This document shows, in pieces, positions 51,516 to 64,000 of a stretch of DNA of 64,000 bases; within the stretch, counting starts at the first letter, position 1, and every line of letters begins with the position of its first letter. The notes under the pieces are model-generated. The model was not told the origin of the DNA and did no database searches. It saw only the letters and a program-made list of their open reading frames with translations. The translations under genes and the position numbers were made by a program. Location of the stretch: NCBI RefSeq assembly GCF_006345805.1, contig NC_042998.1, forward strand, positions 41,602,001-41,666,000. The letters run 5' to 3'. Source of the stretch: Octopus sinensis (lineage: Eukaryota).

Positions 51516-51993
51516 ATTACATTTTCAATGTGGATTCTTGATTCTATAGAAATTTCAAATTCCATATTCTATAGAGATATGGTTTCTTTATAAAGGTTGT
51601 AAGGATAAAATGTTCAAACCAATCCTTTATGGTCATTGTTACGTCTACTTTTCCATAGATTGAACAAGATTTTTTGAGATATGGCTAGATGCCCTGCCTT
51701 GTTTTTTAGGTAAGGTGTTTCACTGGTCTTTGTATGTTGAACTACTGAGTTGCTGAATATAAACAAACGTAACTATTACCCAAGTGGTGTCAGTGGGAAG
51801 ACATATGAAGACAAACACATTCACATATGCAAGATTGTAAGGTAATATTTTAAAAATATATTAGGGTGCTATGTTAGCAGGTTGAGTGACAAAGTAGGAA
51901 CTCCGTGAAGAGGATGAGCGATAAATTTTTAATAGGATAAGGTGTTTGTTGATGACAGGTAATATTCTGGGATGAACTGTTACCTATTTCTGA

Positions 51994-52206
51994 GCTGGCA
52001 GAAACGTTAGCACGCCGGGCGCAATGCGTAGCCGTATTTCGTCTGCTGTTACGTTCCGAGTTCAAATTCCGCCGAGGTCGACTTTGCCTTTCATCCTTTC
52101 GGGGTCGATAAATTAAGTACCAGTTACGCACTGAGGTCGATGTAATCGACTTAATCCGTTTGTTTGTCCCCTCTGTGTTTAGCCCCTTGTGAGTAGTAAA
52201 GAAATA
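51994..52206 (+). mobile_element. Young SINE family B with 9 bp target-site duplication
   Basis: TATTTCTGA at 51985-51993 and 52207-52215; CpGs intact; B box gagttcaaattcc. Confidence 0.9.
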
Positions 52207-55200
52207 TATTTCTGACAAGCGGGCTGAATCATTGTCAATTAGAGTGTTCTAGTAAACAACAGGGAAAGACCCCCCCCCCTTCCATTTTCTCCCAAATTTG
52301 TTTATTTAAAAACATTTTTTGGCTAAAACCCCTCGTTTTCGAATACGGAGGTTCCGGAAAATTGCCAAAAATCGGCATTGCAAAAAAATTGCCCCTATGT
52401 GTGAAGAATACTGACTAAAGTGAATTTTCCGAAACTTTTCACTCTACTCTCGGGAAAAAATAATTCCACCACAAATTGTAATATAATCGGAATCTACACC
52501 ATTTGAGGCATATTTGTAGAAATTTTCATTCCTGGAAGTTATGAGGCAACAAATTCGTGAGCGAGTATACGTGTAGGAAAGCCGATTTTTCATAGAAAGA
52601 ATTTAAAATCAGGTTTGAAAAACCAAAACAGACAGACGCCTACACCGCCCAAATTGTTGAAATTTTGTTTTCATAGGTATGAAGTCCGAAAAACAAAACG
52701 ACACTTTCATCACATTTGACCATCTTAACATCTGCTCAATCAGAAATTGTAACCTAAAGCTGAGTCTTGTTCCGAGTGCTCAGCAATTAAGATGGAAATG
52801 CTTTCTTCTCAAAGTAATAATAAAGACTTCATTTACAAAGACACACTTGTCACCATTTCTCTAATCTCTAAAATGTAATTAAATAGACTTTTTTTTTTAC
52901 TTACTAAACCACAACTCCTTGATATTCACTTATACTGAGAATCACGACTCTTTCTACACTTAATGTATTCATGAATATATCACGATGCATGATTTAAGAT
53001 TCTTTTCTAATTTTGGCATAAGGTTAGTAATTTTAAGGAGAGGGTGAAACCTATGGGACTCCCCGCACTAAAGTCATCAGTTGAAGTCTACTGCTAATAT
53101 TCTGTTGCTGGAAAGACTTCCGCCCCCCCCCCCACGCCATTTTCACCCAATTTTGTTTATTGAAAAAAATTTTTTTTTGATAAAACCCTAACCCTAACAC
53201 CCTGACCCTATCTACAGAAATGTTTTGAAATTTTTGTCCGAATCATAATGTCCGTATTTTCCCGCATATTTAGAAAAAAAACAAGTTCTTAAAAAAAAAT
53301 TTTACAAAAAGTTTTGGAAATTTTTTTCAGAATCATAATCTCCGCATTTTCCCGCATATTTTGAAAAAAGAAAATCTGGAAAAAGTGAAAAAATGAAGGA
53401 AATGGATGTGGGAGGTTGTATATTTAAAATGCCGATTTTGGCCAATTTTTTTGCAGATTCGTATTTCCCGTAGTCGAAAAAGGGGTGGGTTGTGTCGACC
53501 CCCCCCCTTTTTTTAAGGGTGGTTTTCGGGGGTGGGGTACGGGCGGAAGTATTGCCAAAAATTTGGAATCGACCTCGGCGGAATTTGAACTCAGAATGTA
53601 AAGATGGATGAAATGCTGCCGAGAATTTTGCCCAGCGTGCTAACAATTCCCGCCGACTTACTCCACCCAAATAGTGTTACATCCAACTTGAGTTAGGCCC
53701 CAACTTGAGCAACACTGAGTAGAGGCTCTAGTTGGCTAGAATTCTTTGCAAAGGTGAGTTGCAAAATTACCAAATTCAGGATATTGCTGGCATTTTTTGT
53801 TGACTTGAAATAACTTGAGAAAAGATTTGAAACTGTCTAGATAAAAAGGATATTTATTTCGACTATATAAAAGTTGTGGATAAAATTTACTATAGTAATA
53901 TAAATAAACAGGCACCGTTTTGATGGAAATGTTTTGGTAATTGTAAATAATTGCTTTTAAACATTGCCCCAATGTTTGTTAGAGAGCAGACTTTAGCAAG
54001 AATGCTTTAAATGTTACCTCGATACATTAAACAACTAAGTAGCATAATAATATCAACAATTATAAATTTAAAACCTTCTAACACTTCTACCATCAATAGA
54101 ACTCTCTTATGTGGAGGTATAAATTGTATAGTGTCATGTCTGTCTATCGCTTTTTCTGAGTTGCAGCGGAAGGTAAAAATAGTTTTTTTGTATAGTTAAA
54201 TTTTTCTGAAATATTGTTTACTTAAATTTTTTAGTTAAATATACGTTTTATTAGCGTTCTTATTTTTAATGCATGGATTAGATAATTTGAATAACTCTAA
54301 CGTTCATCTGAGATCTAGTTATCTTTCCTGTATACAAAATTTAGTCACTATACACATTTAAATCGAATTTGTCAATTTTGGTATGTTAAAATTGTTATAT
54401 AAAAACTTATATTCACATTTATACACAACAACTTTATCTCCCATTTCTGGTAGATTATTCATTAATAAAAATGCATTAGTTTTACTCAAGTACAGTACCT
54501 CGCTTAATACTAAGCCGGTTTCATTTAAGCCGTTATTATCCTTGGAAAGTCATTATCCCATTTCTTTTCAATTATACATTGTGCTTTTAAAAGAATTATT
54601 TATTACACCAAATCCCCTCTTTTGTTTATTAATGGAAGGTATTCAGGTGGTAAATAAGTCGTTATTGTAAAATAAAATAAAAAAAGTAGACTCAAAACGA
54701 TATTCTTGTATTTTCAGATTTCGTATTTTAGACAGCCATGCAATTTGTATTACTGTGCAGAGCTGCATGCAAAACAAAAGCGATAACATGAATTTTCCCT
54801 TTATATGAGCAGCGAAGGAGCCTCTATGAAAACCCGCTAGAAGTAGCAAACAAATCTTTTTCTACTGTCATAAAGAAGGACCTAATAGATGATGTAGTTA
54901 ACAATAAAAAGATGAGCGGGTACATTTAGAATACCTTTCAACATTAGTTTGTCCAGAGTTGACCTAGAGGGTGTCTGCCGTTAAAAATAAATAATAAATA
55001 ACGAACTGCAGAAAACGTAGTTCTATTAGTGGTAGTTATAGTTGTTTACTGGTCTGTCTAATAATGAGTTATTTAATATATATGTCTATTAAAAGAGCCT
55101 TCTACTCTCAGTGAGTTTTGTAACACCTGATGATACAGCAATAGTTTTAAATATATCACTAGGAGGCCTAACTTCACTATCCATAGGACTAAGCAATAAT

Positions 55201-56616
55201 GATATATATATATATATATATACATACACATATATGAGAGAGAGAGGGAGAGAATAGATAGGTATATATCCTGGCAGGTACTGTTCAAACACTGAGTTAT
55301 AATCTAAGTTATGGCTTACCATAACAAGTGGTAAGAAACACCTAAGATTATTTAAAGTAAGTGATCCAAATGTTATTCACCCATTGGATTATGATAGTTA
55401 AGAGAAGTACAATGAATATGAAGATTAATACATTTGTACATTTTCTATTTTTACAGATAATTACACAGCATATTCAATTTAAGTCTGTCTGAAATATGAT
55501 TCCGCTGCATAGATGTCTAGCAATTGCATTTGCCCCCAGTTTCATTCATCTGGTTAATAGTCTATGCAGCTTTATTCTAGGTTCAGCCACTGTCTTGGTT
55601 TGAAGTGAATGTTTTAGTTGAAGTTTGATGTTTTAGCTGGTATTGTATTTATTTCGACTAATAAATATCCTATAGTGTTTGAGTGCAAAGAATGTGAGAG
55701 AAACGTTTGGGAATCTGATACACCTATAAAAACATTTATTGGGTTGACCCTATAATGACCCAGGTTTGAATTTTGAATCATGGGTACTAGATCCTAAATT
55801 AGGTCAGAGTATATTTCAATTACTAGCCTTAGATAAATTACAAATTAATGAGTTTCAGAGAGATATGTGTACAATTATGGGTCACTAAGTCAGATATATT
55901 TAGAGATATGAAATAGGTAGAACTTACTTGTAAGATCAATCCAAATCTTTATTTTATAAATCAAGTTTAAATCTACATGTAGATTTTGTCATCCTAGATA
56001 AGTAGTAAGTTATTTCATATTTGGAGTTTTACATCTGGAGAATACTAATTACTACTAGGATATAGGCAAACTAGATATTTGCTATGTAACTCTAGTATCT
56101 CCTATGTGCAAGGTGCTTACCTAATTAAAAACCCTTTCTCTGAAAGTTTTTTAATGCCTTTTTGTAAAGGTGCTGACACCTTAGGACTAGTTCTTGCTTA
56201 TTATTTAGTAACTGGTGTGTTGATGTGAAAATACAGAATATCTCTTCTAGGCAAAAATTGCATTTTTCCCCCTCTGATTACATAAGGCTCTGCCCTGCCT
56301 ATTATTTCCAATTCTATATTAAAGTTAGTGATTCTATCCTTTAGAGACCAGATAAACCCACTTAAGCTTATGTTCTATATTATGCTCTCTATCCTTAAAT
56401 GAAGCTAAATGATTTGCTAGTCTCACCTTAAAATTCTATGCAGTAGAAACATATGTAGGACAGATTAAAATATGTTGTATAATTGACTGTAAAAATAAAA
56501 ACGTGCTGATGTATTAATCTCCTTATTGTAATTCTCTTATAAACACACCCACACACATATTTATACACATATATTCATACATATATATACATGTATGTAT
56601 ATAAATGCACACACAC

Positions 56617-57502
56617 CATAAATAATGTGGGGGTTTTTTCAATTGCATGAATTAAAAATCGTAACAGTTTATTTACTAGCAGAGAAGCTTGAATTTGGTC
56701 ATTCAACCATTCATGGACACCTACATACCATTGGAAAAGTCAGCAAATTGGGTCAATGGGTTCCTCACAAACTTTCCGAGTCTAATCACATGCAGAGAGT
56801 GAACATGTGCTCTTCTTTGCTATCATGTCTCACAAATGAACCTTTTTTTGACCGAATAGTGACTGGTGACAAGAAATTGGTTCTCTATAAAACTGTCAAG
56901 TGCCGAAGACAGTGGGTAGGGAAAGGAGAAACACTGGCACCCTAGGCTAAAGAAGGTCTTCACCCATGTAAGGTGCTGTTATCTGTTGAGTGGGATGTGA
57001 ACGGTTTAGTCCACTTTGAATTTTTAAACCCAAACCAAACAATAACAAAGGAGATCGACTACAAGCAGCTTAAGTCAGCACTAGAAGAAAAACAACCATC
57101 TTTGGTTTCAAGATGAAAAGTGTTCTTCCATCAAGATACAGCGAGAATGACATACAGCGAGAATGACATTCCAAAGGCTGGAATAGTTTGAATGGGAAAC
57201 AATGCCCCACCCACCATATTTGCTGGACATTGCCCCATCTGATTATCATTTATTCTATAGTCTTCAAAATCATTTGGACAGAAAAAGTATAAATTCTGTA
57301 AATGAGGTCAGAACAGTACTGGAGGAGTATATTTTGTCACGAACAAGTAAATTTTGGAAGAAGTGATTTGCAAGTCTACCAGATAGCTGGAAGAGCATTG
57401 TAAAAAAAATGATAGTATATTTTAGATTAAAATAGAAATTTATCTTAATTTTGAAAAATAAAGGAAGTATAAAAAATCTGCATTATTTATGAGATGACCC
57501 AA
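56617..57502 (+). mobile_element. Mariner transposon (second family), internally deleted
   Basis: LEFGHSTIHGHLHTIGKVSKLGQWVPHKLSE, FFDRIVTGDKKLVLY; right TIR cattatttatgagatgacccaa followed by TA. Confidence 0.85.
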
Positions 57503-57748
57503 TATATATTTGAATACTAGAATATCTAAGAACATTGTGAAGAACATTCTGCAGCATAGTTATATATATTAAGAATATCTCACATTTCTCATGATAAAAG
57601 AAATCTCATTTACTTCTGTACTGTAAAACTTGTTATTACATATACTACTTTAATTGTATATTTTTAATTCATTTTTTTGTTTTATAAGTTTGTAAAAATT
57701 TATGCCCTGTTGATTAGTTCAAATATCTTTTTAAGCTTATAACTGAGA

Positions 57749-57878
57749 ATGTCTGCTGATGAAGAGGAGGAGGAAGAGAATGTTTTTTCATTTAAAGATG
57801 ATCGCCCAGTACCAGACTCTGTTTACACATATCCTTCAGGATTGAGAGAAAGTGCTATTCCATTGGTTATTGATAATG
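57749..57878 (+). CDS. ACTR5: Actin-related protein 5, coding exon 1 (MSADEEEEEENVFSFKDDRP...IPLVIDN)
   Basis: NVFSFKD...PLVIDNG matches the Arp5 N-terminus; donor G|GTAAGG at 57879. Confidence 0.9.
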
Positions 57879-59027
57879 GTAAGGTTTCAATTTAATTTTA
57901 TAAACATTTCCTTTTATCTGGTTTGATATAAACTGAATTTTTCGAGTCAACCAATCCATTACATACTAGATGACTTGGTGTTTCTATGAATATTATCTCT
58001 CTGACAGTCCTTCAGTTAAACTTGTAAATGTTTATTCACTGTACACTCTTCCAGTTTTCCTTTTTGCAAAACCATAAATATACTGGAAGAAAAATAGGTC
58101 TCCATTGAAATGATATGAACTCTAGATCTTTGAGGAATTGTTTAATGAATAAAGCAGGCAGCTAATCTCATTCAAAATAAGTTATATGAATTGCATCATT
58201 CTGTGTTTTTCTTTTCACCATTATCTTCATTGTCAGTTTTTGTATATGTTTAACCATGCTTACACAGGTCACAATGGCTTATTGTACACATATTTATAAC
58301 ACTGAATTTTGTAATCTCTGATCTAACATTGCTACTATACTTTCAATACTCTATATCTAACTACTCTTTCTTTAAAATAAATGAGCAATAAGGAAGGATT
58401 GAACAGTGAAATATATTTGTAGTAGTTGGAATCTACTCACTTAATGCTATTCCTGCTATGTTGAGATTTAATATAATGTATACTTTCTTTAATTTAATGA
58501 TTTATTATAGAAATGACTTTTGTTTAGCAGTATTTAAAAAAAAAACTTGTGAGTGAACTGGTTGGTTTTATAATTGAAAAGTTATTTTTACAAAATGAAA
58601 TATGTTTAAGTATGTTTTTTTTTGCTGATTGTCTAGATTGAGGCATTTATTTCAATAAACAATATAAATTTCCTGAGCAGCTGCATACTTACCAGGAAAT
58701 CACAACTTTTTAGAGAAATTTTCTATTGCTTGAACTGTCACACTGTTTTGCTAAAATAGTTCCCTAAGTGGCAAGAATTATTCCTTAACTTCATGAATAG
58801 CTGTTTTGATTCATAAACTTTCAATTTACTGTATTTTGAGTCAATAAAGTAGATACCTCAGATTTAGAAAAAGACTAATGTTTAGTTGACACTTTTCCTA
58901 TCAGAGTGAAATAAATAATTATTGATTGATTTATTCATTATACAAAATTAGCTAAATGAAATTGTTTTGAAATTTAAAGAACAATCTAAAAGAGAATTGC
59001 ATTTTTTTTTTTTCATGTATATTTCAG

Positions 59028-59116
59028 GTTCTTATCAATGCCGTGCTGGCTGGGCCTCAATGGATAAACCTCAGTTAATATTCAAAAACGTGACTGCTAA
59101 ACAAAGAGGGAAAAAG
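59028..59116 (+). CDS. ACTR5: ACTR5 coding exon 2 ([30 protein letters not shown])
   Basis: tttcag acceptor, phase 1 in and phase 0 out; the GSYQCRAGW motif continues DNG; donor GTGTTT. Confidence 0.9.
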
Positions 59117-59596
59117 GTGTTTTTTATATAAACTATAATTTTTTTTTTTTAACTTCATTAAATTTCAAAAACTAAGATTTTATAAAAGACAAAATATCTT
59201 AGTATCTGTTCAAAACAATAGTTTTTATCTCTATAACAATCACATCTAAATATATGTTGTGCTCTAACCATAATATATTGTTGGCAGTTGTGAAATAGAT
59301 TCAATATTATTAGTTGGTATCATTATGTCCCTTAAGTATATCTAAATAGAGAATATTACTTACATAATCTGTTTTGGCACCTTATATATTTTGAATTCAA
59401 AATCTCCAGTGACAAATTGACAAAAAGTATAAATAAACATCGATAATATATTCTTGCTGATGAAAAATGATTTGAGTTTTCCTACACACACACACACGTC
59501 TATCTACATATACACACACACGCACACATTTTTGACTTATGTGTTTTATTTTATAGAAATACATTTTCAAAAAATTTTATTTTCAATTGTACATAG

Positions 59597-59701
59597 GAAT
59601 CTGAACTGCAAGTAGGAAATGATATCAGTAATCTAGAAGTTGTGCGTTGGATTCTTCGGACTCAGTTTGACAGAAATGTGGTTACACAGTATGATGTCCA
59701 G
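59597..59701 (+). CDS. ACTR5: ACTR5 coding exon 3 ([35 protein letters not shown])
   Basis: TAG acceptor and GTAAAT donor; VGND...RW.LR..FDRNV is Arp5-specific. Confidence 0.92.
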
Positions 59702-61599
59702 GTAAATTGAGTCGTATGTGTATACATACACAAATACTTGTGTTTTTTATTCTATGTTGTTTCATTTCTAAAATCAATTCTGGTAAGTGAACTTGTGTTA
59801 AAAAGTTTTTTGATTTAATGTTTAGAAGTAGTACACACAGCCAGTATCTGTAGCCACTCAACTTTCTTGGGTACCAGATAAAGCTTCAGTGTCTTTTTGG
59901 AGTTGTATGTTGAATGAAGATGCATCATTTTTAGAAATTACATAAAATTTTGTGTTCTTGGTATGTTTTAATCATATATTTTTCTTTGTTAGCCAGAGAA
60001 ATAAAATCAAAGAGGAGAAAATTAAAATTACAGTTTTTTAAATATATCATATTCAATCAAAAGTATCAATACATTTAATAATCCACTCGATAATTTGATT
60101 ATTTACTTTTCTACAAATTTTTTAGAGAATCCAGAGCCAAAAAAGTTTGTAAAAATCTGTAGAAATAAACTTTGAAATGGGAACATTGCACTGCTAATGC
60201 AAAAGTAAGACACAGTATTGACTTATAAACCTTTAATATACTTGGTAGTATATTATGGTTGCAGAATGAAATACTATGTCCTTGCTGCAATTAATATTTT
60301 AGTTATTGGAAGAAACATCTCCTTAACCTGAGATGTTCTTTTGAAGCCAATGCTTAGCTCTGGTTTCATTGCATGAAGCAAATGAGAAATCTACTGTTGG
60401 ATGATATGCCTCTCTTCTGAAAACAAAATTTCCAGATAAAATATCTCAGGCAGATAGCTAGGTTAATAAAAAATGGAATAAAGTGTTCTGTGCCAAAACA
60501 TGATTTGTTAGATGCAGATTTGAATTTATGGAACTTGAGGAGGGACATTACTTTATTCATTGTGATTTGTATATATCCTGTATTATTCTTTCACAAGGAT
60601 GGTGTTAGGAAGGGCGTGTAGCTATAGAAACCATGCCAAAGCAGACATAGGAGTTCAGTGTGGCCCTGTGGCTTGCCTGATATCCTATGAAACCATCCAG
60701 TCCATGTTAGCTTGTTAAATGATGAAACAATTTAAAACAGGCATGGCTTTATGGATTTGGTTTTACAACCACATCATGTATTCTATTATAGCCTTGTTGA
60801 CCAATGCTTTGTGAGTGTTCAAAAGGCCATCATATTTATATACGTGTGTTTATCTGTTTCCATTTTCATCTGTTGATACTGCTTGGAAGATGGCGCTCTG
60901 TGTTTATACTCTATAATCTAGCAAATATCAATTCATTAGTACCAGACTTAAAAATAAGTCCTGGTTCAATGTGTTCAATTAATACCTTTGAAGGTGGTAA
61001 TCCAGTATGTCAATGACTTAAAGTCGAGTAAACTGTATGAAAAAATATAGTTGTGATTTCTGAGTCCTAAACATTTTGACAATTTATGTAAAAATTAAGA
61101 TATTTTTTGTCTCAAATTAGGAGTATTGTTTGATGTGGCATTACCAAGTTATTCTGATGGTAAATGAACCAAGATGAAATAAAAGTAGTTAAAATGACAT
61201 TTTCAAACCAATAAACATAAAATTACATGATGAATAAATGGTTTGCATAAAGGATGATGATAACTGGTTGAGAGGAGTGAAGGAAATGAATGTAGAAGGA
61301 AGCAGAAGAAGGGGGAAGCTGAGAAAGATAATAGAGGAGGATGTGAAGGCAATGGGCGTTTGTCAAGTGGTGTATAGGATGAGTCAAAATGTTAAAAAAA
61401 CATTATGGGGTTCACAAAGCTAAACATTGCTCAAGAAAGGAAAAAAACCATTTAAAAAAGTATATTGTTGAATAAAGAGTTAACGTGAAATGATTTGATA
61501 ACAAAGGGAAACGACTCTGGCAAAAGTTGTGTAAAATGTTTACACAAATAATAATGACATTATTGTGTTCAGTGCTCAGGTGCAAAATGTCAGGAAAGT

Positions 61600-62470
61600 G
61601 AACCGTGTATGAGTCATGATATATACATGTGTACATGCGTATGGAGGTAGGGGATATCATGTGTAGTGTTGGCGAATTTCAAGAAGCCTGGAGGTTTTAA
61701 AGGATGCAATATCTCGGCAGCTAACAATTGATGCAGGTAATTTGTTCCATGCTTCAGCAACACTGCGTGTGAAAAAATGTTTCCGAAAGTCATGGGAGCT
61801 GTGCTGTTTTCTGACTTTGTAGGCTTGCCCACGTGTGTCAGACACTTGGAATTCAAAGAGATGCTCAAGATTGTTGTTGGAACAATGGTTAATAATTTTG
61901 TGGGTGTTTACCAAGTCAGTTGCCAGATGATGGAGCTTCAATGTATCCATGCCAGGGAAGCAAGGCATTCGGAGTATGGTAGATGCCTGATGGAGGGTAT
62001 TCACTTGGTTGCATATCTCGGAACAGTTTCCAGGAGGTCAATGTTCTCAGCAAGATAGGGGTTCCAAACTGGTGAAGCAAGTTCCAAGTGTGGCCACACC
62101 ATAGTCATATACAACCTTAAATAGATAGCTAGAGAGTGGCTGACAAATGTTTTGTTGAGTGATGCCTAGACACCCCTGGCCTTCTTGACAATTTTAGAGA
62201 TGTGCTTTGTTCAGTGCAAATTGCTGCTGACAGTAATGTCCAGGTTATGTTCACAAGAAGACTTCTTGGTATTAGTGTTGTGGAGGGAGTATGTGGACGC
62301 TGGGTTTTTCCTCCTAAAATGCATGGTGGTACATTTGTCCACACCATCATCCATTGCTGCACTGTGTCTAGGTCCGATTCGAGAGAGATCTATAGTGTTC
62401 AGGATCTATCCTTTTGATCTACAACTGTGACTACTTCCTTTCGGTTGAGAATGAAGGACTTCAACCAAAC
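61600..62470 (-). mobile_element. CR1-like LINE 3' fragment, decayed RT
   Basis: Minus-strand WPHLELASPVWNPY, RGQAYKVRKQHSSHDFRKHFFTRSVAEAWNKLP. Confidence 0.8.
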
Positions 62471-63348
62471 TCAAGATTATTAAAAACAAAATGAACAAAA
62501 CCTGTTTTTCATCTTTCAAATCAGTCAGATTTAATGGTTACACACACATACATAAGGATAATGTCAAAGAGAAACATTCATTCCTCTTTAAATCATATCT
62601 TTGAAACTATTAAATGATAAATGACCATTATTCTCAAACAGTGGTTATTTTTGTTTTTTCAATCTTGATTGTACAAGATCCAGTAGCTACAGTAAAGTTA
62701 GCAACCTCACAAATATATTCATCTGAATATATAGCCTTGCAATTTGTTTCATTGTCATTAACTAATTCAGCAAACATTTTACAAATATTAGTTTAAAACT
62801 TCTTATAAAAAGAAAATTACAAAAATAGATTGTTTTATGTAAAGGAGAAAAAGGAAATATTTGATAGAGATAAGACAGAAGTAGAAGCAGTTGTAATAAT
62901 TTTACTTTTATAATGTCTACATTTATCTAAATTTCTGTTGTGTCTGATAAGTCACAAAGGAGATCATCAATCAACATTTCAGTGTTGTCTACAATGACTG
63001 CTTTATAGTAACAAGATTACTCTGATAAAGCAGAATCATCTTGTCTTTTGTATGTTTAGGATTAAATGTCTGTTTTTGCCTTCAAGACATGTTATATAGC
63101 AGGGAAACATGGCTGTTTTCTAGCAAGTTGAGCAACTATGTAGATGTTGTCCTCAGTAAATGAAAGCATAGTTCTGTTTGTTCTTTTATATGTTATATCA
63201 TACTGGCCTTGAAATGTAACATGATGAAAGGTTTATTTTAAATGTGCACATTTTAAAATAGACAGTCTTGTATCATAGAAACAAGTGTCTCAGACAGATT
63301 GGTTGTGTAAGGGTTAAAGTAATTTTCTTTTCTTTATTCCTTTTTCAG

Positions 63349-63460
63349 GAGCAAGTGTTTGACTATATTTTTAACCATTTGGGTATTGATACTGAAAGTT
63401 GTGTGGATCATCCCATTGTCATGTCTGAAGCTCTGAGTAATCCAAATTATTGCAGACAAC
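63349..63460 (+). CDS. ACTR5: ACTR5 coding exon 4 (EQVFDYIFNHLGIDTESCVDHPIVMSEALSNPNYCRQ); the gene continues beyond the window
   Basis: tttttcag acceptor and C|GTAAGA donor; FDY.F.HLG....CVDHPIV..EA..NP.Y.RQ matches Arp5. Confidence 0.92.
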
Positions 63461-63504
63461 GTAAGAAATATTTGATTAATCAATTTATTATTTTAATATC
63501 TGTG

Positions 63505-63612
63505 GTTAGGAAGCTTGCTTCCTAGCCATATGGTTTCAGGTTCAGTCCCATGCTTGGCACCTTGGGCAAGTGTCTTCTGCTATAGCCTCGTAATTGAATT
63601 TGGTAGGCAGAA
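63505..63612 (+). mobile_element. SINE family A 5' fragment
   Basis: gtggttaggaagcttgcttcc...ggttcagtccc...caccttgggcaagtgtcttc. Confidence 0.7.
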
Positions 63613-64000
63613 GTTATCATCGGCTTTTTTTTTCATATTACCAATTTAAATTATGTTTTTTAAAAATTGTATTTTATTTAGAGGAAAAGCTATGAAGGCA
63701 GCCTATTATTCAGTAATATTAATTCTAATTGCTAAAGCTTAGAGTGACAGAGGAAAAGAGACAGGTTTTGCACAGAATTTAAGTAAATAGTTGCATTAAG
63801 TTTTTCTGGGTTACTGCATGTGTTTCTACACATACATCATAACAATAGTTCACTAACATAAATAACTTTTAACATATTAACACAAGTCAACACCCATAAA
63901 ACTTATTCTAATGAATCCAAAAGAGTTGCAGTTCATTCATTATAAACCTCTTGGCAAAAAAAAACTGGCATGTAAAAAGCACTATTCAAACATGATCGAT

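Noticed and set aside
53302-53670. 122 aa minus-strand ORF
   Set aside because: Starts in a SINE B head and continues through low-complexity sequence
45725-54000. Search for C2H2 zinc-finger or Kelch exons completing the BTB protein
   Set aside because: No C-x2-C...H-x3-H or Kelch-like frames with splice signals were seen
55003-55024. ACTAC-containing motif resembling the ACTACA/ZNF143 composite element near ACTR5
   Set aside because: Only a partial match, lacking the TCCCA core
55089-55322. Minus-strand ORF with a protein-looking tail (SPMDSEVRPPSDIFK...)
   Set aside because: Runs through TA/GA microsatellites, with no convincing splice sites or recognisable homology

Overview
Eukaryotic, AT-rich, repeat-dense genomic DNA. 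The SINE, RTE and mariner families look like those of octopus or another coleoid cephalopod (inference). I find no prokaryotic features. Most of the window appears to be one + strand locus with two alternative 5' coding modules. The first is a THAP zinc-finger module (exons 3530-4024 and 22579-22979). The second is a Crypton/DUF3504 tyrosine-recombinase-derived module (single exon 30714-32254) that lacks the catalytic Tyr. Both modules end in a GTAAG splice donor two bases into a codon. That is the only junction phase that reads into a shared downstream BTB/POZ exon pair (42311-42473, 44744-45724). The predicted products are THAP-BTB (679 aa), DUF3504-BTB (894 aa) and possibly BTB alone (372 aa): variable transposon-related DNA-binding heads on a constant BTB body. 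This model rests on splice signals and reading frames only and needs transcript evidence. The first four coding exons of ACTR5 (Arp5, INO80 complex) follow at 57749-63460. The introns hold many SINEs, RTE and CR1 fragments, three mariner copies, TTAA-flanked MITEs and two long fold-back elements.
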